From the NCBI GenBank assembly GCA_937863565.1, contig CALMGJ010000029.1, forward strand, positions 74,991-119,390: 44,400 nucleotides of DNA, given 5' to 3'. The notes beneath the pieces are model-generated. The model did no database searches and was not told where the DNA came from. It was given only the letters and a program-made list of their open reading frames with translations. Made by a program: the position numbers and the translations under genes. Each line of letters begins with the position of its first letter. Position 1 is the first letter of the stretch. Below, piece after piece: positions 37,801-44,400 of the stretch. This stretch comes from an uncultured bacterium (GTDB lineage: Bacteria > AUK180).

Positions 37801-38377
37801 TCTTGATACCGGCTCCAAGGACCTTCAGTGAGCTGATGTCCTTCAGCGAAAAGAATACCGAGCAGATCTTCCTGAATTCTCCCGAGCTCACCGTGCGGTC
37901 CGTACGGCTTGATCTCAGCGGCGGTGTTTTTATGACAGGAAGGGGCGTATCGGAATAAAATGAATTGGCTCCGACCCGGCTAATCCCCGCAGCAGCATTT
38001 TTCAAAGGCGCACCCTCATAGATTGTTCCGAGCCCCGGAAGTCCGGTCTTTTTAAGCTCTCCCCTGCTTATTCCGGCTCGTATTGAAAGCCTGAACTCAA
38101 TGCCTTTGACGGTACGTTTTCCTTCCTTTTTAAAAAAATCGATAACGTTTTTGACAAATACGGCGGCATCGCTCCCGTTCTCCCCGATATAAGTTAATGC
38201 GTCTCCGGAAAAGAATATCTGTTCGAGTCCGCATTGAGCTGAATACCGCTCTATACCGGAGAAAAAGAAATTAAGTTCTTCCGACAGGAGTTCCGCGCCT
38301 TCCTTCCCCAGGCGCATGAGCTCCGATGTGAGCTTCGAGAAACCCTTTATATCGAGGACGACCGTATAGGTCTTCAT
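34847..38377 (-). CDS. Adenylate/guanylate cyclase-AAA(STAND)-TPR multidomain protein
   Basis: DIKGFS and FSGDAL (cyclase domain 1); DKG, GISYG, VNLAARL (cyclase domain 2); Walker A GVKGCGKS; Walker B FWDD; GNPLF; C-terminal TPRs. Confidence 0.85.
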   Translation of the reverse strand: MKTYTVVLDIKGFSKLTSELMRLGKEGAELLSEELNFFFSGIERYSAQCGLEQIFFSGDALTYIGENGSDAAVFVKNVIDFFKKEGKRTVKGIEFRLSIRAGISRGELKKTGLPGLGTIYEGAPLKNAAAGISRVGANSFYSDTPLPVIKTPPLRSSRTDRTVSSGEFRKICSVFFSLKDISSLKVLGAGIKKLSSEGYFYLSGIENIDKGIVAVLFCGLEKMPGNPKEVTLNAVLGLLRVLKGRGKAGISYGEAFCGMILNRKTALSQSVNLAARLMQKASSGEAIISDDMRHYGFETVLKGSAALKGFNGKRDLYKVKGEKEFREEPLITEGIGKALRSINYGRKCSLIPVGGVKGCGKSFFLRYAASKVKGLESLFISYPRNEKFFVFKTLIGKLLGTERLTGEKLHRAFVSKWGAVYSNAEREVRDELKGIEPFLSDIFGIPLKKTRSLGLSAEARLKAECRSLKKFLKILINGKAFALFWDDLAQSDYSDLEMIKELKDSDIPLTIVTAGEEQPAILLDALTVEEHGEFIKRIFGYALKENVNAILYKVTKGNPLFTRKLFEYILSGGYLESPRLHALIEDFTLETLYLSEYDRLSADEKTTLRNMALFCDEIPLSVYRKIFGNVPECAVIEQLKRKGILHPAGRGNYIIKDTSFRNAVESLILFSNKKPVYFELYRSAMNDADAYRAGLYADKAGEKIKAKRAFGAALKVLSGGNDNLKVLDIYDRLEKMSETPELKEAYVLKKLEVLERLGRWDGLEERYRDLLKRAKKADAVRSALASFLCAKGLFDLSEKELEKVENAAYLSDKKGTLALIAMYRMEYGKAEEYFKSVINEENDRRKRFAAEMNLALVFMYNDKLAESLKIYRRALRRKKLQLDLEVNILGNLGNVHYNLRNMLKAERYYKEQYKEGMSILNDKAVMNALGSLGNIYMQAQKLSKALRYYGKALKIAEMLGSAIGSAIIFSNILKIFFEMNRFRELYQELERFRTYAELCNDTYSILSYHQFKLYERIILGDKNGFIDLFREYEKRFPDLTDNFFECLLRYFWVFGDIGVFRDVPIRDPVYSLLWKAALAFENSDEELYRETAKDPSGLFGNIVNMDDTAKIIKTYFEKGDLAALIGEQRKHNKDHLYDVFATRVLCTRVRGGGAKPYERARKRLENDYLLKRKKSD

Positions 38378-38380
38378 AAT

Positions 38381-40666
38381 TTAGAATTTATTGATATAGA
38401 ACTCCATTAGGGCCATAGGGGCGGCGGGTTTCATACCGAAGAGCACGAAAGCCTCATTCACGCCGAATCCCAGAGAGAAACCGCCGGACGATGGGCCCGT
38501 AAGTTGCTTCAGGGACGCTTCTTTCCAGTTATTCTTCTTTTTAATGAACTCCACCACATCTAAAAATGTCCCCGTTTCATCGATCAGGCCGTTCTCTTCG
38601 GCTTCCAGGCCGGAATAAACACGTCCCTTCGCCAATTCACTCATTCTTTCATAGGGAATATTCCTTCCGGCGACGGCCCTTTCCAGGAACAGCTCATAAA
38701 ATTCCGTGAGATGTTTCTTTATCTTATTTTTTTCATCATCCGTGAAATCACGCGCTTGAGAAAAGATCCCGTTATTCTGCCCTACGGCAATAACCTCTGA
38801 AGTGAGCCCGAGTTTCTTATATAAACCTTCCAGGCTGAATTTCCCGCCAAGAACGCCGATGCTTCCCGTTATAACGAACGGTGATGCGTAAATTTTTAAG
38901 GCATTGCAGGAAATGTAGTATCCTCCGGAGCCCGCAACATCGTACATATATACATAAACGTTCTTCCCTGCCTGCTTGAGGCCTTCGGTGATCTCGTATA
39001 TCATATCTGAAGCACTGCCCGAGCCGCCCGGGCTTCTCACGATAAGAATGATATCTTTCATCGGACAGGATGAGATCATTCTCTTATAAGCGGCAGGAGT
39101 GATCAAATTTTCCCCCGAAAACGGCCCCGGGACAGCATAATCCACGACAGCACCTTCCAATGAGATCACGCCTATGCTGTTCCGGGTCATGATATTCCAG
39201 TTGTCCCTGTATCTCCACGTAAGGCCCGTATACGCATATTTCCCATCGAAATATTTTGCGGCATCGGACGGATGTTCCGCAGCATCAACTATCTTCAGCT
39301 CAACAGCTCGCGGACCCGTTATAAACATTTCGGTCATCGAAAGCTGATCAATGTCAAGTCCACGGGCAGCATATATCTCGTCTTTGACAAATCTATACAT
39401 CACGGAGACCATTGTTAAAATGTTCTCCCTGAAAGGGTCTGAGGCTTTTGTTCCCGTATATGATTCGGCTGCGGCTTTGTAGATGCATACGTCCGGGCGC
39501 AGCATTTCCCCTTTCACTCCGAGTTTTTCGAACAATCCTTTGTAGAACGTCAAGTCTGCGCCGAAACCGCTGAAGAAGACGCTCTGACCTTTTTCCATAA
39601 TGATCTTATCGGCAATGCTCGCGAAATAGTAATCGGGAAGGTATATGCCCTTTTTAAAATACACTACGATCTTAGCGTTGTTATCCATTTTGGCTCTTTT
39701 TAATATTTCCCTTATTTCATGAAGTTGCCCCAGCGATAGCGTATTCTCATCGATCTCGATGTAGAATCCTCTGACTTTCTTATTGTGCGCCTGCTCCTCA
39801 AGCTTCAGTATCAGGTCAATGAACGATCTTGCTTGTTTGCCGGCGAGCAGCCGGGAAAGGTTCAATTTCTCCTTTTTTTCGCATTCATACGTGAAATTGC
39901 CGTTCAATTCGATCGTGACGATCCGCTCTTTTTCTGCCGTGACCTCGTCATCACCGCTCGCTGCGGCAGCTTCGAGGTTCATTCTGAAATCGTCCTTGTC
40001 GAGGAATTCTCCTGCCAGATAACTTTTCCCCGAATATAGAGAAAGCCCTCCCCTGATATCATATGATCCCTGCCCGTCGAAATGAGCGGTTGCAAAGATC
40101 CCCACCTTTGATACGGGTCTGAATAAAGCAGAAAAGAAATACTCGCTGTTTTCGAATAGAACGTCATCAAGGCCGTCATACGGGGAGACCACATCAAAGG
40201 AGAGCGTGAAAAGGGATCTTCCGAGAGGCCTTAATGTCAACGAGAAGATCACATCCTTCTCCCCGCCCCATTTCAAAACAAGACCGGCCCTCACGAACCT
40301 GTTCGCGTAAAGCCCCCCGAGGCCTGCACGCCATGCATTGCTTATTTTGGAAATATCATAATGATAGTTGAACCCCAGGCCGAAGTTCCCCAAAGGAGCG
40401 GCCATTGCATAATTAAGGAAGCACCGCTTACTGTCATCGAGCACGAGACCGATCGAGGACAGATCTCCCGCCAGCAGAAGTCCGTACTCATCCGCGCCGT
40501 TCTGTCTTGAGAAGAAAACATCCATTATGCTCCTTCCGGGAAGGAATAAGGAGGCCGGATTGAAGAGCCCTGAGGATGGTCCGTCATTTCTCGAATAAGA
40601 CCTGTAATCCCAGGAATTTGCGCTCAATAGGACTATCATAAGCAGTATGGTCAGACATTTCTTCAT
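38381..40666 (-). CDS. sppA: Signal peptide peptidase SppA (S49) with N-terminal extension
   Basis: YKAAAE, SPGG, AGSGGYY, TGSIGV, GRVYSG. Start at ATG 40666 with a signal peptide. Confidence 0.88.
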   Translation of the reverse strand: MKKCLTILLMIVLLSANSWDYRSYSRNDGPSSGLFNPASLFLPGRSIMDVFFSRQNGADEYGLLLAGDLSSIGLVLDDSKRCFLNYAMAAPLGNFGLGFNYHYDISKISNAWRAGLGGLYANRFVRAGLVLKWGGEKDVIFSLTLRPLGRSLFTLSFDVVSPYDGLDDVLFENSEYFFSALFRPVSKVGIFATAHFDGQGSYDIRGGLSLYSGKSYLAGEFLDKDDFRMNLEAAAASGDDEVTAEKERIVTIELNGNFTYECEKKEKLNLSRLLAGKQARSFIDLILKLEEQAHNKKVRGFYIEIDENTLSLGQLHEIREILKRAKMDNNAKIVVYFKKGIYLPDYYFASIADKIIMEKGQSVFFSGFGADLTFYKGLFEKLGVKGEMLRPDVCIYKAAAESYTGTKASDPFRENILTMVSVMYRFVKDEIYAARGLDIDQLSMTEMFITGPRAVELKIVDAAEHPSDAAKYFDGKYAYTGLTWRYRDNWNIMTRNSIGVISLEGAVVDYAVPGPFSGENLITPAAYKRMISSCPMKDIILIVRSPGGSGSASDMIYEITEGLKQAGKNVYVYMYDVAGSGGYYISCNALKIYASPFVITGSIGVLGGKFSLEGLYKKLGLTSEVIAVGQNNGIFSQARDFTDDEKNKIKKHLTEFYELFLERAVAGRNIPYERMSELAKGRVYSGLEAEENGLIDETGTFLDVVEFIKKKNNWKEASLKQLTGPSSGGFSLGFGVNEAFVLFGMKPAAPMALMEFYINKF

Positions 40667-40667
40667 A

Positions 40668-41348
40668 TTATTCCCCTCCATGATTTTTATAAACAGATGC
40701 TATCGAGAGAAGCGCTATCACTGCGGCTTCACTCCTTAAGATATAAGGAGAGAGCATTACGGGCCTGGCGCCTTTCTTAACGAGTATTTCTTCCTCTTTC
40801 TGCGTTAATCCTCCCTCGGGACCTGCAATAACAGAGAGTCCGGAATTCATAGGACTCTCGGTCGGAGTAGATCCTTTCATGGCGCCGAAAACAGCCGTAC
40901 TGCCGGCAGGAAGAGCGATCTGGGAGATTTCTATCACTCCCTGAATCGAAGGCAAGAACGGATTCCCGCTTTGTTTAATGCCTTCTTTCAGGATCTTGGC
41001 ATCATTCTCTTTTATTCTCCCGGAAACAGCTGAAAAAGTGCTTCGAAAGAAGCATACCGACCGCACGGGAAAAGATGCTATATGCCTCATCGCCTCCCTT
41101 TGAGCCACGCTCTTCAGAGTAGGCATATAAAGATCTATATAAGGTTTCTTTTTCGAAGTCCTCATTCCGGTAATTTTAAGTACCGGACCTTTAAAAGAAA
41201 TGCACTCATATATGCTTCCCCGGCCGTCAAGGACCTCTACTTTTTCTGACGGTCTGATCCTCAGAGTTTTATAGTGCCGTGATTCCTCCTCGTCCAGCTC
41301 CACTGTTTCTCCTGAAATCGATGCGGAAAAGAACCTACGAATTGCCAT
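40668..41348 (-). CDS. rsmE: 16S rRNA m3U1498 methyltransferase
   Basis: LR, DGRG, KQSG, GPEGG, ILRSEAA. Confidence 0.85.
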   Translation of the reverse strand: MAIRRFFSASISGETVELDEEESRHYKTLRIRPSEKVEVLDGRGSIYECISFKGPVLKITGMRTSKKKPYIDLYMPTLKSVAQREAMRHIASFPVRSVCFFRSTFSAVSGRIKENDAKILKEGIKQSGNPFLPSIQGVIEISQIALPAGSTAVFGAMKGSTPTESPMNSGLSVIAGPEGGLTQKEEEILVKKGARPVMLSPYILRSEAAVIALLSIASVYKNHGGE

Positions 41349-41634
41349 CAGCTTTAAATCCTATGTTCTTTTCATCCTTTACAATGCCTTTTATCTCGCC
41401 GTATTTGTTTTCATAATCCTTAACAGTTCTCTGGATCACGGATGCGAGTATTTTTATGTTCTTTGGCGTCATTATCACGCGGGATTTAACTTCCGCAACA
41501 GTAATATTGGGTATGAGCCTTGCAAAATCCAGAACGAATTCATTATCATTGAAGATGATATTGGCAAAATTCACATATTCCCCCGAAAGGTGCTTTTCAT
41601 CGATCTTGATCTCGATCTTGTTCTCTTTCTGCAT
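41335..41634 (-). CDS. DUF3467 family protein
   Basis: YVNFANI...EFVLDF...SRVIMTP...YENKYGEI. Confidence 0.85.
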   Translation of the reverse strand: MQKENKIEIKIDEKHLSGEYVNFANIIFNDNEFVLDFARLIPNITVAEVKSRVIMTPKNIKILASVIQRTVKDYENKYGEIKGIVKDEKNIGFKADGNS

Positions 41635-41682
41635 ATCGCCTCCTAATGTTAAAGTACCGAAAAGAGGTATCCGGGCTCTGCT

Positions 41683-43530
41683 TTAATCCCAGTAGAACAG
41701 GATACCGCTTTGCGGAAAAATATAATTACCCGGTATTTTCAGTATTACGGCGCCGGGAGTTTCCTTTTTCGTCACCTTGAGATCTTTACCTGAAAAGAAT
41801 TCAAAATGCCTGATTTTCCTTCCTTTTAAGCGGAAAGATATTTCGGCGTTCTTCGTGAAATCCGAGAAAAATACGGGAAAGACCTTGTCTTCCCTGCTGT
41901 ACTTGGTCTTTACCTCAAGAGTGAAGTTGAAAGTATTCCTGACCCCGAGTTTGCGGGAATATTCGTATATGAGAGAATTTTTATTTTCGGTAGATGTTAC
42001 AAGCTCCGGTTTTTCCCCATCTATCAAGATATTCATGATCTTGAAATCCCCTTTCTTCAATTCGCTATTGAGGAACCACCGATAAAGAAAAGTATGGTCT
42101 CGCAGCATTTCGGTCAGCTTCGACGGATCGTTCGTAACCCCTACGCGGAAAGAGGAGCCTTCAGCCCATTTCCTGAATGAAAGAAAAAGCCGCGCTTCAT
42201 AGTGATCTTCACGCGGGAAAAGTGCGATATCGTATGTAAAGTCCTCTTTCACAAGATGCCAGGATTCACCGAATATCTTCCTTGTTACTTCGGAACTGAA
42301 TTTTGTGAAGAAATCCTCTGAGAGGTCTATTCCATAGATCTGCCTGTATATCTCAAGTACCCCCAGGTTTTTAATGACAACAGGACTCTTCACGGGTTTG
42401 GAAATGCCGGTCTTCTTACTGTCGAAATAGAATTTCACTGCTCTTTTTCCGATCTGAGTAAGTATTTCGTAACTGATCGTGCCCGCCGAATGAGCAAGAT
42501 CATCCGCGGTTTTTACGATTCCCTTTGAACTGCCGATCAGGACCGCTTCATCACCTTTTCTGATCTTCTCCATAGCTCCCGATACGTCTACCATCAGCAT
42601 ATCCATGGAAACAGTGCCCACTATTGGAAAGCTCTGCCCTTTTATCAGCACGGTACCTTTATTGGAAAGCGTCCGCGGGATGCCGTCGGCATAACCGACC
42701 GGGAGGACCGCAATGTATGTGTCTTTTTTAGTAATGAAGGTCCGGCCGTAGGAAATACTCTCGCCTGCACGGTATCTTTTTACTAGTGAGATCTCCGTTT
42801 TAAAACTCATTACAGGCCTGACGGGAAAGCCGGGACGGCTGCCGTCGGGAGAATATCCGTAGGAAAGAAGGCCGATCCTTACCATATTGAATATTGAATT
42901 GGGATAGTTCAAGAATCCTCCCGAATTAGCAATGTGCCTGAATCGTATCGCTATACCTTCCTTATCCAATTCCCTCAGAAGGCGTGTGAAATGCTTTATC
43001 TGCTCAATCGAATAAGAGTTCACTTTTTCGGCTTCGGGAAAATGAGAGAATATACCTTCAATGGAAAGATTCGCAAATCGCAGGATCTTCTTCACCGTTG
43101 CCAAAGCATCATCCTTATGAATACCTCCCCGGCCCATACCCGTGTCTATTTCTATATGAACAGGCGTTTTTTTCCTTGCAGTTATGGAGAGTTCTTCTGC
43201 AAAATTCATATCTGAGATCGAAGGGGTCAACCGATACTTGATTATTGCGGGGATCTCATTTTTAAGTGAAGGGCCGAGGATAATTATACTCCCTGAAATC
43301 CCGTTCTCTCTCAGATGAACGCCTTCAAGGGCATTGGCTACACCGAAGTATTTTATCCCGGCAGCGGCCGCCACTTTTGAGATCTCAACAGCGCCATGAC
43401 CGTAGGCATCTGCTTTCACGACCTGCATATATTCCACTTTTGATGAGAGTTCTCTTTTGATCGCTTGAAGATTGGAGCGGAAAATGTCGAGGTTTATCTC
43501 GAGCGCGCTCCTTTTACTCTTTTCATTCAT
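41683..43530 (-). CDS. alr: Alanine racemase with C-terminal extension
   Basis: VVKADAYGHG, DTGMGRGG, SHF, NSG, GYADG, SMD, ISYEIL; ~245 extra C-terminal residues. Confidence 0.92.
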   Translation of the reverse strand: MNEKSKRSALEINLDIFRSNLQAIKRELSSKVEYMQVVKADAYGHGAVEISKVAAAAGIKYFGVANALEGVHLRENGISGSIIILGPSLKNEIPAIIKYRLTPSISDMNFAEELSITARKKTPVHIEIDTGMGRGGIHKDDALATVKKILRFANLSIEGIFSHFPEAEKVNSYSIEQIKHFTRLLRELDKEGIAIRFRHIANSGGFLNYPNSIFNMVRIGLLSYGYSPDGSRPGFPVRPVMSFKTEISLVKRYRAGESISYGRTFITKKDTYIAVLPVGYADGIPRTLSNKGTVLIKGQSFPIVGTVSMDMLMVDVSGAMEKIRKGDEAVLIGSSKGIVKTADDLAHSAGTISYEILTQIGKRAVKFYFDSKKTGISKPVKSPVVIKNLGVLEIYRQIYGIDLSEDFFTKFSSEVTRKIFGESWHLVKEDFTYDIALFPREDHYEARLFLSFRKWAEGSSFRVGVTNDPSKLTEMLRDHTFLYRWFLNSELKKGDFKIMNILIDGEKPELVTSTENKNSLIYEYSRKLGVRNTFNFTLEVKTKYSREDKVFPVFFSDFTKNAEISFRLKGRKIRHFEFFSGKDLKVTKKETPGAVILKIPGNYIFPQSGILFYWD

Positions 43531-44041
43531 AGGAGTTGAATGAGTAGAATTCCTTTAATTCTTTCCGCGGGCGCGGCTCAGGTTCTTCCGCCGGATACCC
43601 CACAACGATCAATTGCACGATCTTCATCGGTTCGGGAACATTAAGGAGTTCTTTTGCTTTTTCCTGCGAAAAAGAACCTATATAGCAGCTTCCCAAACCC
43701 TCTTCAATTGCTTGAAGGACCATATTCTGCATAACAAGAGATGAATCTACGATCCCTGCATTTATTCCGCAGCGCATTGTATATTCATTTTCCTTTGAAA
43801 CAAGAGCTATAATGAATGAGGCCGTACCTGTGAATTCCTGGCCGTTGCAGATCTGCGGGAATTTTTTGATGAGTTCCTTGTCAGTGATTATTACAGCTTT
43901 CCATTCCTGTCTATTCTTTGCTGTTGGAGCAAGTATCCCCGCTTTCAATATCCTAAGGATCGTTTCTTCGTGAACGGTCTGTTCTCTGAATTTTCTGACA
44001 CTTCTTCTTTTTATAATAACATCAAGTAATTTCCCGCTCAT
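43523..44041 (-). CDS. Nitroreductase family protein
   Basis: RRSVRKF, APTAKNRQEW, GLGSCYIG, VGYP. Confidence 0.92.
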   Translation of the reverse strand: MSGKLLDVIIKRRSVRKFREQTVHEETILRILKAGILAPTAKNRQEWKAVIITDKELIKKFPQICNGQEFTGTASFIIALVSKENEYTMRCGINAGIVDSSLVMQNMVLQAIEEGLGSCYIGSFSQEKAKELLNVPEPMKIVQLIVVGYPAEEPEPRPRKELKEFYSFNSYE

Positions 44042-44044
44042 TGT

Positions 44045-44400
44045 CTATTTTTTACCTTTATCTTTGCCGTCAGAAGAACCGTCCTTATCGCTGCCGGTCT
44101 TTTTCTCATCCGAATCCTTCTTCTCATCCTTCTTCTTTGAACCGTCGTCAGATTTTCCCGTATCTTCCGATTTACTTTTGTCATCAGTTTTGCCCTTGTC
44201 TTTGTCTTCCTTTACGGTTTCCTCTGTTTTACCCTTGTCATCAGTTTTGCCCTTGTCTTTATCTTCCTTTACCGCTTCCTCTGTTTTGCCCTTGTCATCA
44301 GTTTTGTCCTTGTCTTTGTCTTCCTTTACGGCTTCCTCTGATTTGCCCTTGTCATCAGTTTTGCCCTTGTCTTTATCTTCCTTTACCGCTTCCTCTGTTT
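44045..44400 (-). CDS. C-terminal low-complexity K/D/E-rich end of an unknown protein (5' part outside window)
   Basis: Open frame TEEAVKEDKDKGKTDDKGK x4 ... DGKDKGKK*, with the stop 3 nt before the nitroreductase ATG. Confidence 0.75.
   Translation of the reverse strand, partial: TEEAVKEDKDKGKTDDKGKSEEAVKEDKDKDKTDDKGKTEEAVKEDKDKGKTDDKGKTEETVKEDKDKGKTDDKSKSEDTGKSDDGSKKKDEKKDSDEKKTGSDKDGSSDGKDKGKK
44173..44400. repeat. 57-bp coding tandem repeat (at least 4 copies)
   Basis: Near-identical units encoding the 19-aa (T/S)EE(A/T)VKEDKDK(G/D)KTDDK(G/S)K; continues to the window edge. Confidence 0.92.

Noticed and set aside
44173-44400. 57-bp periodic repeat as a CRISPR array
   Set aside because: There are no unique spacers, the units are contiguous and in frame, and no cas genes are present.

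Overview
Gene-dense chromosomal window from a diderm bacterium (LptD, LolA-like and O-antigen-ligase-family genes; the lineage cannot be assigned from sequence alone). Most of it is housekeeping, envelope and transport genes: a truncated lptD-like gene, RNase P RNA, udk, a PHP phosphatase, pckA, a suhB-DUF47-pit-folE2 operon, a uppP-ftsK-lolA-rimO-pgsA cluster, an M14 carboxypeptidase, a DtxR-feoA-feoB iron locus, RNA-modification enzymes, a PTS-IIA/antiporter pair, a cyclase-STAND-TPR protein, sppA, rsmE, alr and a nitroreductase. The standout is a ~0.94-kb cassette (2342-3284) between lptD and the rnpB promoter. It encodes a RAYT/Y1-type HUH tyrosine transposase with a C-terminal HTH and is bounded by a perfect 29-bp inverted repeat. 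The left repeat lies inside the first codons of lptD, and both orientations of the cassette would give lptD an in-frame ATG, which suggests a possible invertible or domesticated switch on an envelope gene. Other points of note: an RNase P RNA lacking P18, a 31-aa basic ribosomal-type protein missed by the ORF track, several apparently leaderless promoters, an alanine racemase with a long unknown C-terminal domain, and a 57-bp coding tandem repeat. All product calls come from motif recognition by eye; no database search was run.
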